Assembly (NCBI GenBank): GCA_030613515.1
Contig: JAUWLT010000001.1
Span: 1 to 59,654 of the forward strand
Origin: Desulfobulbaceae bacterium
Lineage (GTDB): Bacteria > Desulfobacterota > Desulfobulbia > Desulfobulbales > Desulfobulbaceae
Reading direction: 5' to 3'
Length of the DNA: 59,654 nucleotides
The position numbers were made by a program, and so were the translations under genes. Of the stretch, positions 28,560-37,290 are shown one piece after another. Below the pieces are notes generated by a model. The model saw nothing but the letters and a program-made list of their open reading frames with translations. It made no database searches and had not been told where the DNA came from. Numbering within the stretch: the stretch's first letter is position 1; each line of letters begins with the position of its first letter.

Positions 28560-28928
28560 ATGCGTATACTTGTTATAGATGATGATGAACAGATGCGTGT
28601 CCTTTTGGATCAGGCCATGCAATGGGCGGGGTTTGAAGTCGTAACGGCTGAAAATGGTCGCCAGGGACAGCAACTGTTTGAAGAACAGCCTGCCGACCTG
28701 ATCATCACCGATCTGATCATGCCTGAACAGGAAGGGTTGGAGACTATCCGTATCCTGAAGCAGGGGTATCCGACAGTAAAGATAATCGCAATTTCCGGTG
28801 GCGGCCGAATAGGGCCGGAGGCCTACCTGCCTGCTGCCATGGAGCTCGGAGCCGACCGGATCTTTGCCAAACCCTTTGATGTCAAGGAACTGATCTCTGC
28901 TGTCCATGAGTTGCTGGGCAACGACTGA
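28560..28928 (+). CDS. stand-alone CheY-like receiver protein
   Basis: 122 aa. MRILVIDDDE..., DLIITDLIMPEQEG, AKPF. It starts 2 nt after the kinase stop. Confidence 0.9.
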   Translation: MRILVIDDDEQMRVLLDQAMQWAGFEVVTAENGRQGQQLFEEQPADLIITDLIMPEQEGLETIRILKQGYPTVKIIAISGGGRIGPEAYLPAAMELGADRIFAKPFDVKELISAVHELLGND

Positions 28929-29018
28929 ACCCGACAGTGGACAGGGGAGCCCCTTTATTATTTACTGCTTTTTCACTCTTTCTTGAAATAATCTGTAACA
29001 AACTGTCTGCCTGTCATC

Positions 29019-30023
29019 ATGTATCTTGCCCGTCGTTTCATTAATAATCGTCTTCATTATCAGTTGCGCGAGTCCTTCCTTGAAGGGGATATTTACAGGA
29101 ACCGGGAACTTATTGATCTTGGTGCCAATCCTGGTAAATATATCGTCTATCCCGGCGGCTCTTCTTTTTACATTGACGATAGGGTTTTTGATCTTCTGAA
29201 AACCTCAGGTTTTGATGCTGATTACGATGAGGTGGAATCCTTTTTCCTGCCCTTTCTTGACCCATACATTCGAACCCGGATTGATCCTTTTTTAAACAGG
29301 ACAGCTAACAGGGGCTGGAAACGGATTGATGAGCCGACCCGGCAGCGTATCTTTACCAACACCCATATCTTTGATCGCAGACGAATCCATTTCCTCCGCT
29401 TCGGCCAGACCGATCTTCGTGAGCTGGACCGTTCACCCTCCCTGTTCAAGATCCTGCTTGATAAATCCCGTGACGAGCTGGAACAACTGGTGCTTGAGCG
29501 GGAGCAGGATCTGCGCCCCCAGGAGTATAAACGCTATATCTTTGCCATCTTTGATCTGCAGCATTACTTTACTGAAATCTGTGCCAGGACCATGCCCCAT
29601 GCCCTGGACAGTGACAGGCTTGACGACTGTTTTTTACAAGAGCTCTGTCGGTTGGACAGCGACAAGCTTTTCTGGCAGGGGATGGAACGTGATAGGGGCT
29701 TGGTTTCCTACATGATCCGTTATGTGGTCATGTTTTTTGATTATGCTTTTCCCGGCGGTCAGACCTGGGATGAGTTTGTTCGGGCACATATCGGTTCCGG
29801 CCACCGTGCAGGACCCATGAAAGGTTCCCGGCGCATGTCCATGCGCGAGGTCACTACCGTCTTCGGCGTCAGCCAGTCCAAACTTTCCGCCATGAGTAGG
29901 TCTGCCCTGACCCGGCTGTACCGCAAAAAAGCACAGCAGATGCATCCTGACAAGGGCGGTGATCATGAGCAGTTTATTGAACTGACCACTGCCTATAACG
30001 AACTGCTGCGCACCAAATTGTGA
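29019..30023 (+). CDS. protein with an unknown N-terminal domain and a C-terminal J-domain (HPD motif)
   Basis: The last ~50 aa, LTRLYRKKAQQMHPDKGGDHEQFIELTTAYNELL, correspond to J-domain helices II-III with HPD. I recognise no domain in residues 1-270. The stop overlaps the start of the next gene (GTGA). Confidence 0.65.
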   Translation: MYLARRFINNRLHYQLRESFLEGDIYRNRELIDLGANPGKYIVYPGGSSFYIDDRVFDLLKTSGFDADYDEVESFFLPFLDPYIRTRIDPFLNRTANRGWKRIDEPTRQRIFTNTHIFDRRRIHFLRFGQTDLRELDRSPSLFKILLDKSRDELEQLVLEREQDLRPQEYKRYIFAIFDLQHYFTEICARTMPHALDSDRLDDCFLQELCRLDSDKLFWQGMERDRGLVSYMIRYVVMFFDYAFPGGQTWDEFVRAHIGSGHRAGPMKGSRRMSMREVTTVFGVSQSKLSAMSRSALTRLYRKKAQQMHPDKGGDHEQFIELTTAYNELLRTKL

Positions 30024-31798
30024 CCTCTCAGCCTTCTGCGTCCGGACAGCGTCCCGGCATCGCTCCATTGCTTGGTCTGATCCGTCCAATTTACCATCGC
30101 TACCTGCCGCGCTTGCTGCTTGGTTTTCTGGCCCTGTTAGCTGTTGACTTCCTGCAGCTGACCATTCCCAGGTACTTGAAAAATGGTGTTGATACCCTGG
30201 CAGGCGGGACTGCAACCGGTCACAGCCTGCTCATTCTCGGTGGGTATATCCTGGTTACGGCTGCATTCATAGGTATGCTCCGCTTTTGCTGGCGTACCCT
30301 GATTATCGGCTTTTCCAGGCGGCTGGAAAAAATCCTGCGCAACCGTCTTTTTTCCCATATTCTGGAAATGGACCGGCCTTTTTTTGATCGCCATACCACA
30401 GGCGATATCATGGCCCATGCAACCAACGACCTTTCTGCTGTACAGATGGCCTGCGGCATGGGTATGGTCGCAGCTGCCGATGCCCTTGTCATGTCCACGG
30501 CAGCTCTTTTTTTCATGGCCCATATCAGTCCGACGCTGACCCTGATCGCCATCATTCCCATGCCCTTGCTGGCATTTTGTACCTGGATCCTGTCCGGCAG
30601 GCTGCATAAGCGGTTCGACCTGGTACAGGAACAGTTTTCTCTGCTTACTGAATTTGCACGCAATACAATGGTATCTATCCGGCTGATCAAGGGCTATACC
30701 AGAGAGCACCAGCAGATTAAAGATTTTGAGACCCTGGGTAGGGAGTATGTTGCAAGCAATCTCAAGGTCGCTTTTATTCAGGGACTGCTCTTTCCAGTGG
30801 CCACGCTGGTTGGCAATACCGGGATGCTGCTGGTACTGTACTTCGGTGGCCGGCTGGTGATCAATAACGCCATCACCCTGGGTGATTTTGTCGCCTTTGT
30901 CACCTACCTGTACATGCTGGTCTGGCCGATGATGGCTGTGGGCTGGGTAACCAACCTGGCCCAGCGCGGCCTGACCTCGCTGGCCAGGATTTATCGACTG
31001 CTTGCTGCAGAACCTCTGCTGACTGGTACCGAAAAACCGGATAATAAGCCGCAGATTCAATCATTCATCTTTTTATGCCGTAACCTTAATTTTACCTATC
31101 CCAATGGGGTCGCACCCGCTCTGTCAGGCGTCAATCTTGAAATAGGGCCGGGCATACTCGGTGTGGCAGGCAGAACAGGTTCCGGGAAATCAACCCTGTG
31201 CAGGCTGCTGACCAGGCAATACCCAGTGGCCGAGGGCATGCTCTTTTTTTCCGGTCGTGATGTGAACAGCTTTACGCCGGCAATGATCAGAAAACAGATC
31301 AGCTACGTCAGCCAGCAGCCTGTTCTCTTCTCCAGCTCGGTTGGGGAGAATATCAGCCTGGCAAATCCCGATGCGTCCCTGGATGAGATCACAGCAGTTG
31401 CCCGGTTGGCGGCCATCCATGATGAAATAATGGAGATGCCTGACGGCTATAAAACTACCATCGGAGAGAGGGGACTGCGACTATCCGGAGGTCAGAAACA
31501 ACGGATCGCCATTGCCCGAGCCCTGCTGGCCGACCGACCGATCCTGATCATTGACGACGCCCTGTCCGCACTTGATACTGAAACTGAGCAACAGGTCTTT
31601 GCCGGCATCCGTACCCGGCTGCAGTCCAAGACCGTACTTATTGTTTCCCACCGTTTGAGACTCCTCTCCGGAACCGATAGAGTTATTGTTCTTGACCGGG
31701 GCCGCATTGTTGACCGTGGCAACCATCAGCAAATGTTGGACCGGAATGATTTCTACCGGGCAATGGCACGAAAACAGCAGAGGAAGGCTGATGCGTAA
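30020..31798 (+). CDS. ABC exporter, fused TMD-NBD half-transporter (MsbA/MdlA-like)
   Basis: Six TM helices, then GRTGSGKST, LSGGQKQRIAIARAL, ILIIDDALSALD. Confidence 0.9.
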   Translation: MTSQPSASGQRPGIAPLLGLIRPIYHRYLPRLLLGFLALLAVDFLQLTIPRYLKNGVDTLAGGTATGHSLLILGGYILVTAAFIGMLRFCWRTLIIGFSRRLEKILRNRLFSHILEMDRPFFDRHTTGDIMAHATNDLSAVQMACGMGMVAAADALVMSTAALFFMAHISPTLTLIAIIPMPLLAFCTWILSGRLHKRFDLVQEQFSLLTEFARNTMVSIRLIKGYTREHQQIKDFETLGREYVASNLKVAFIQGLLFPVATLVGNTGMLLVLYFGGRLVINNAITLGDFVAFVTYLYMLVWPMMAVGWVTNLAQRGLTSLARIYRLLAAEPLLTGTEKPDNKPQIQSFIFLCRNLNFTYPNGVAPALSGVNLEIGPGILGVAGRTGSGKSTLCRLLTRQYPVAEGMLFFSGRDVNSFTPAMIRKQISYVSQQPVLFSSSVGENISLANPDASLDEITAVARLAAIHDEIMEMPDGYKTTIGERGLRLSGGQKQRIAIARALLADRPILIIDDALSALDTETEQQVFAGIRTRLQSKTVLIVSHRLRLLSGTDRVIVLDRGRIVDRGNHQQMLDRNDFYRAMARKQQRKADA

Positions 31799-33578
31799 CT
31801 TCGGTTATTTTGAAGAGGGCAGAATCGGCCGCATTTCCGATACCCGAATCTGGCAGCGGTTGTTCACCTACTGCCGGGTTCACAAGATAGGTCTTGCTGC
31901 AGCGATACTGCTGTCCATGCTGGTCACCGCTACAACCCTTACCCTACCACGGCTCATGCAGATGGCCATTGACAACTGCATGACCGCAACCGGGATAGAT
32001 ATTGCTTCGCGGATGGGCGGTCTTGGTGAGCTGGCCCTGATATACGGATTTGCTGTTGTTATTACCTTTGCAGCAGGTTTTGTCCAGGTGATATTGCTGG
32101 AGTATATTGGTCAGTCCATCATGAACCGGCTGCGAAATGATCTATACCGTCACCTGCTTTGCCTGGATTTGGCCTTTTTTCATTCCCATCCAGCAGGACG
32201 CCTTGTTACCCGGCTGACTAATGATATCCAGAATATGCACGAGATGTTTACCTCGGTCATGGTAACCCTGTTTAATGATGCGCTCAAACTTATCGGCATC
32301 CTGGTGGTCCTGTACCTGTTAAATGTCCGGCTGGCCATGGTCATGACTGTTTTTCTACCCCTGTCCCTGACCGTAACTCTGCTCTTCTCAAGGCTTGCAA
32401 GGGACCGTTTCCGGGCCATCCGCAGCCAGCTTGCCGTACTTAACGCTTTTCTTCAGGAAACCGTGTCAGCAGTAAATGTTCTCCAGCTCTTTGGCAGACA
32501 GCAGGAGAGTCTCAGCAGGTTCAAGGAACTCAACCAGGAATATTTGCAGCGCACTCTGCGTCAGATTCGATTGTTCGGTACCTTTATGCCCTTGACCGAA
32601 TTCCTTGGTTCTCTGGCCATGGCCACCATCCTCTGGTACGGAGGCAGCGAAATTATCAGAGAGCAGTTGACCCTGGGCGAGCTGGTGGCATTTTTTGCCT
32701 ATATGCGACTTTTTTTTCAACCCATGCGCGAATTGTCTCAGAAATACTCCATTGTTCAGTCCGCCATGGCCTCAGCCGAACGTATTTTTCAACTTTTGGA
32801 TACCAGGAGCAGTATCAACGCACCTGAGCATCCCCTGCAAGGAGAACTGATTAAAGGGGAGATACGATTTGAAAAGGTAAGTTTCCGTTACCCGGATGAA
32901 AAAGAAGAAGTTCTCCATGCTATCGACCTGCAGATAATGGCGGGAGAAACCGTAGCCTTGGTGGGTTCCACCGGTGCCGGAAAATCCACCTTAATCAGCC
33001 TTCTTGTCAGGTTTTACGATCCTACCGGCGGTAAAATCCTGATTGATGGCCATGAACTGCACGAGTTTTCCCCTGAGACCTTGCGGGAAAAGATTGGTAT
33101 TGTTCTCCAGGATGTGCTCATTGAACCTGATACCATACTTGCTAATATTGCTCTGGGGACAGGCAAGGACCGGCAGCATGTTCAGGAGATTCTTGAGCAG
33201 ACAGGTATGGATCCTTTTATTGGACGCCTGCCCGATGGTCTTGATACCCGGATAGGGGAGGGAGGGCTTGACCTGTCAGCAGGGGAAAAACAACTGCTTG
33301 CCTTTGCCCGTGTCCTGTGTCGCAACCCTACTGTTCTGATCCTGGACGAGGCAACCGCATCTGTTGACACTGAGGCTGAAAACCTGCTGGAGCAGGCAAT
33401 TAGCGCTGGTTTCAGTGGTCGAACATCAGTGGTTATTGCCCATCGTCTTTCCACTGTCCGCCGGGCAGACCGGATCGTGGTCATGGACAGGGGCAGGATT
33501 GTGGAGCAGGGCAGCCACGAAGAGTTGATGGAGAACCATGGTGTCTATGCGGACCTGATTACTATGGATTTGCAATAG
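31791..33578 (+). CDS. ABC exporter, fused TMD-NBD half-transporter (MsbA/MdlB-like partner)
   Basis: GSTGAGKST, LSAGEKQLLAFARVL, VLILDEATASVD. ATG at 31791 follows AGGAAGG and overlaps the upstream stop (ATGCGTAA). The longer ORF from 31686 is only overlap. Confidence 0.9.
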   Translation: MRNFGYFEEGRIGRISDTRIWQRLFTYCRVHKIGLAAAILLSMLVTATTLTLPRLMQMAIDNCMTATGIDIASRMGGLGELALIYGFAVVITFAAGFVQVILLEYIGQSIMNRLRNDLYRHLLCLDLAFFHSHPAGRLVTRLTNDIQNMHEMFTSVMVTLFNDALKLIGILVVLYLLNVRLAMVMTVFLPLSLTVTLLFSRLARDRFRAIRSQLAVLNAFLQETVSAVNVLQLFGRQQESLSRFKELNQEYLQRTLRQIRLFGTFMPLTEFLGSLAMATILWYGGSEIIREQLTLGELVAFFAYMRLFFQPMRELSQKYSIVQSAMASAERIFQLLDTRSSINAPEHPLQGELIKGEIRFEKVSFRYPDEKEEVLHAIDLQIMAGETVALVGSTGAGKSTLISLLVRFYDPTGGKILIDGHELHEFSPETLREKIGIVLQDVLIEPDTILANIALGTGKDRQHVQEILEQTGMDPFIGRLPDGLDTRIGEGGLDLSAGEKQLLAFARVLCRNPTVLILDEATASVDTEAENLLEQAISAGFSGRTSVVIAHRLSTVRRADRIVVMDRGRIVEQGSHEELMENHGVYADLITMDLQ

Positions 33579-33634
33579 CTGAAGGGACTCAGTAGGGCTA
33601 GCATCTTTTTTTCATGGAAATTATTATCTCTGAA

Positions 33635-35115
33635 TCAATGTCATTAACTTAAGATTTCTTTCGAATATATTATTGTAAAAACAGCATGTTAATGTTATAT
33701 TTCAGCACAGATCGTTATCCAAATCTACCTATTCACACAAGGAGAGAGACATGGCTGAATTATTTCAAAAGAATCACCAAACTGGCACAGAATCTGATTT
33801 TCAATACATGTGCCAATCTTATTAATTTCATTAAAAATATTATATATTCGCAAGAATTTCTCGAAATAAGCCGAAAAAACAATAAAGACTTTTCACGCAC
33901 CAGAAAATTGCCATTTGCGCTCCTTGTTCTCTATTTGTGCAACCTCACCAAAAGCTCATACCAACCAGAGCTGAACAAATTCTTCAAAATCCTTACCAGA
34001 TCCACCGTAGCGAAAAATATTGTAAGCAAGGTAGCCCTTTGCAAAGCAAGAAAGAAGCTAAAATATGAGGCGTTTACAGATCTAAACAAACAGTCTGTTG
34101 AATACTTCAATGCCAACTTCAATCCATCAAAATGGAATGGCTTCTTTCTGAAAGCTGTGGATGGTTCTACAGTTAAGTTGCCAGATTTTCCAGAGATCAG
34201 TGAACATTTCGGGACATGGAATCCACGGAAAGGTAATCCTTTTCCAATGGCTCGTATTTCTCAAATGTTTGATCCTCTCAATAGGGTTACAACCCATGCC
34301 CTGATCAGTCCCAAAAGTGTGGGAGAAAGGGAAATGGCAGCCAATCATTTTGAACATCTCACCGATCAGGATCTTGTCTTGTTGGATCGTGGTTATCCTG
34401 CATTCTGGCTTTTTAAACTCATCCTTTCTTATAATGCACATTTCTGTTCCAGAATTTCCATCAAAAAATGGAAGATTGTTCGTGAGTTTATTAGTTCTGG
34501 TAAACAGGAGCAGATTGTTTCGATAGAGGCTCCCACTACGTCCATTGCTGCTTGCCAGGAGTATGGGTTGGATCTATGCCCTATGAAATTACGCCTCATC
34601 CGTGTGGAATTGGACTCTGAAGAACCAGAAGTCCTCATTACATCGCTACTCGACAGCGAAAAATATCCAACTGATCTATTTGCCGAACTCTATCACGACC
34701 GTTGGCCTGTGGAAGAAGATTACAAGGTGATGAAGTGCAGGATAGAGCTGGAAAACTTCTCAGGAAAAAGTTCATTGTCAGTTTACCAGGATTTCCACGC
34801 CCGCACATTTTCAAAGAACATCACTTCAATGCTTGCCTTTGCCGCTCAACCAATCGTAGAAGAAACAGCAAACGACAAGGAACACAACTACAAAATCAAT
34901 TTCACTCAGGCTCTTTCAACAATGAGAGATACCATCGTGATACTATTGGTTAAATCAACTACAGCGATTCAGAGCATTGTCTCCGATATTCTGGATACAT
35001 TTGCTATGGCAACCGAACCCGTTCGACCGGGAAGAAAATTTCCGCGTAATCATAAAAGAGCGCAGAGGAAGTATTGTTTGAATTACAAACCAATTCTTTA
35101 AGTTAATGACATTGA
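33635..35115 (+). mobile_element. intact IS4-family insertion sequence (about 1.48 kb)
   Basis: 18-bp perfect terminal inverted repeats TCAATGTCATTAACTTAA (33635-33652 with 35098-35115). It is flanked by an 8-bp direct repeat TCTCTGAA (33627-33634 and 35116-35123) and is more AT-rich than its flanks. Confidence 0.88.
33686..35101 (+). CDS. IS4-family DDE transposase
   Basis: DDE candidates are LKAVDGSTVKLP, LVLLDRGYPAF and the YHDRWPVEEDYKVMK (Y-R-E-K) block. The stop lies inside the right inverted repeat. Confidence 0.85.
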   Translation: MLMLYFSTDRYPNLPIHTRRETWLNYFKRITKLAQNLIFNTCANLINFIKNIIYSQEFLEISRKNNKDFSRTRKLPFALLVLYLCNLTKSSYQPELNKFFKILTRSTVAKNIVSKVALCKARKKLKYEAFTDLNKQSVEYFNANFNPSKWNGFFLKAVDGSTVKLPDFPEISEHFGTWNPRKGNPFPMARISQMFDPLNRVTTHALISPKSVGEREMAANHFEHLTDQDLVLLDRGYPAFWLFKLILSYNAHFCSRISIKKWKIVREFISSGKQEQIVSIEAPTTSIAACQEYGLDLCPMKLRLIRVELDSEEPEVLITSLLDSEKYPTDLFAELYHDRWPVEEDYKVMKCRIELENFSGKSSLSVYQDFHARTFSKNITSMLAFAAQPIVEETANDKEHNYKINFTQALSTMRDTIVILLVKSTTAIQSIVSDILDTFAMATEPVRPGRKFPRNHKRAQRKYCLNYKPIL

Positions 35116-35229
35116 TCTCTGAATCAGAGTCAAGAATTTTTGGAAGCATGGTGACCACGATTGCCCGACCGCATTTGAAATGCACTGGGGCCATCTACGC
35201 CAAAAAAATCAGTTTACATTGCCAAATAA

Positions 35230-36717
35230 TCATTGACTATCAATATAATCACTTGGACCTGCCCCAAACATAGAAAACAGGACGGCAGGACGCTCTTCCC
35301 CTGGTTCTGGTTCAGAAGATTCAATCGTTTCTTTTATCGGGCCGGAAGCTTTTACCCTTAAAATTTGACCGACCTTTAATTTGTGAGGTGCTGTCAATAC
35401 ATCATTATTTAATTCGTAGATCTTTTTCCACTTTTGGACGGTACCAAACAACTTTTGAGAAATTATGCCAAGAGAGTCACCCGATTGTACAGTATAGGTT
35501 CCATCCTCATTCAAAACAAGCAGGGAAGTAGACGAGCCAGGTGACAAAGGAACATTCCCCGTCTCTGAAAAAGTTGGAATGGCCAGGGTCATTCCAACTC
35601 GCAGCCCATCGGGATTATTTGCAAGTTGATCCTTATTAGCATTTGCGATGGCTGACCATTTAGAGGATATACCATATACCTTCAAGGAGATGAATCCAAG
35701 AGTATCACCAGGTTGTACTGAATAAACAGATTCAACAGAGTTCTTCCGGCTGGAGGACATTTCAAATGGTGACTCATCTTGTTGTTTAACCTCGGGTTTT
35801 GTTTGTTGAGGTTGTTCAGAGTCATCCACTGTTATACGGTTAGCAACATAGTCCTGCAATTGAGGAGTACTCTTTTCACCCATTGTTTCTTCGGGTCTCC
35901 GGACTATATCAGCAGTGGGCTGAATATCCTGATGAATGGTAAACTCACCCTCAGCACTGCTGGTATCTCCGATCTTTTTTTCCATTTGAAGGAAAGAAAC
36001 CGGCACCGGAGATAAGCTCTCTTTCCGGTTAAGCTGCAGCTCAGTAAACGAGACGGTTCTTTTCTTCCGGGTAGACCCGGCGGCCTGTTCAGAGAGTTTC
36101 TGCTGTTTACCTTCCTCCTCTTTTGACAGTGCTTTTTTTCGTGTCTGCTGTTGCAGAGCAGTTGTTTTATCCTTTTCTGTAAAGGTTAAGTAAAAATTAT
36201 CCGTGTAGAACAACCCTGCTCCGACCATTATCAGGAGTAGAGAAAAACAAGCGAACAGGGGTAACCATTCACGATATCGCCCTGATTGAGAAGACGTTGT
36301 CAGCAAGGCAGGTTGATTATCTTGTCTGCTCATTCTGCGTTTAGCACGATGTTCCAGAGCCCGGACTAAGGTTATGGCATCATCAACTCTCCTGAGTGCT
36401 TCAGGAAGCTCTGGATAATCAATGGCAATATCTTCTACTTTTTTATACTTCTCACGGGCCAGTTCCAGTTTTCTCTCAGTTTCAAGGGTATCGGCCTCAC
36501 GAAAATATTTTTCTGCCTGCTCAACCAGAGCGGAAAGCTGTTTGCTGATTCTTTCCCGGTCATCTTTTTCCATCTCTACTGCTGATTCCTGAAAGAGTCG
36601 GTTGGCCTCAGCTACGTGCTTTTGTCGAATTTTTTCTTGAATAACATCTGCCGACTTTTCTGTATGCAGAGATTTTTCATGTAAATCAACAAGTTGAATC
36701 GTGTTTGTTATCGACAT
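35230..36717 (-). CDS. coiled-coil / single-TM protein with two C-terminal LysM peptidoglycan-binding domains
   Basis: N-terminal charged helical region, TM WLPLFACFSLLLIMVGAGLFY, a low-complexity linker, then YSVQPGDTLGFISLKVYG... and YTVQSGDSLGIISQKLFG... (LysM x2). Confidence 0.8.
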   Translation of the reverse strand: MSITNTIQLVDLHEKSLHTEKSADVIQEKIRQKHVAEANRLFQESAVEMEKDDRERISKQLSALVEQAEKYFREADTLETERKLELAREKYKKVEDIAIDYPELPEALRRVDDAITLVRALEHRAKRRMSRQDNQPALLTTSSQSGRYREWLPLFACFSLLLIMVGAGLFYTDNFYLTFTEKDKTTALQQQTRKKALSKEEEGKQQKLSEQAAGSTRKKRTVSFTELQLNRKESLSPVPVSFLQMEKKIGDTSSAEGEFTIHQDIQPTADIVRRPEETMGEKSTPQLQDYVANRITVDDSEQPQQTKPEVKQQDESPFEMSSSRKNSVESVYSVQPGDTLGFISLKVYGISSKWSAIANANKDQLANNPDGLRVGMTLAIPTFSETGNVPLSPGSSTSLLVLNEDGTYTVQSGDSLGIISQKLFGTVQKWKKIYELNNDVLTAPHKLKVGQILRVKASGPIKETIESSEPEPGEERPAVLFSMFGAGPSDYIDSQ

Positions 36718-36992
36718 ATTATCACAAGATGATTAATAATTGCTTTCAGGGCAGCTGGCCGGGAAGATATAAGAAGCATTCTGAGATTGTCCGACTCCGC
36801 AATCTTTTCCAGTGGCTGCCCTGAAGGATAGTCGCATTTTGGAGACATCATGATGATGGTTACACCTTGATGCCCATAAACCCAAATTTGTTTATTTCGT
36901 TCTATGGTAATAGCTCGCAGAAAACCTCTTCTTTTGCCACACTGTTGCAAAAGAATTTCAACAAAATGATGAGTAGTACAAATTTCTTGCAA
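36708..36992 (-). CDS. hypothetical small protein (doubtful)
   Basis: 94-aa ORF with a TTG start that overlaps the LysM gene start by 10 nt. I recognise no motif. Confidence 0.2.
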   Translation of the reverse strand: MQEICTTHHFVEILLQQCGKRRGFLRAITIERNKQIWVYGHQGVTIIMMSPKCDYPSGQPLEKIAESDNLRMLLISSRPAALKAIINHLVIICR

Positions 36993-37290
36993 ATTTTACG
37001 CCAACTGTAATACTGTGGGTTGTTAACACTATACAGATGAATTTCAGATCTTTTCAAGATTTTTTCATTGGATCACATTGAAATATTTCCGATTTTCTGG
37101 ATGGTATTCCGGAAAAGTGAACATTTTCGAAAATATATTCGAAAAAAGCAGGGGAGGGGTAACCAGTGGTAATCAAACCCTGATTGGGATTTTGTCAAAC
37201 GATGTGCAACAAACTGATTGTCAGGTTTTATCTCGTCTTACTTTCGGAAATACGTCAGATCAAATCTGAACCACTCCACTTTATGAAACC

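Noticed and set aside
30137-31060. Long antisense ORFs opposite real genes. Examples: 30137..31060, 47841..48809, 43627..44457, 42179..42901, 25907..26527, 1658..2254, 4302..4811, 24304..24951, 15429..15977.
   Set aside because: Each lies entirely opposite a gene with clear family motifs. Their translations are Arg/Ser/Pro/Gly-rich and low-complexity, typical of shadow frames in moderately GC-rich DNA. None has a recognisable domain.
31686-31790. Longer start for the second ABC exporter
   Set aside because: The extra 35 codons lie entirely within the 3' end of the upstream exporter. ATG at 31791 has an AGGAAGG RBS and gives a typical N-terminus.
37078-37269. 63-aa + strand ORF in the AT-rich spacer upstream of the LysM locus
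   Set aside because: It has a non-ATG start, no RBS and a low-complexity sequence, and it lies in a region better explained as promoter or repeat DNA.
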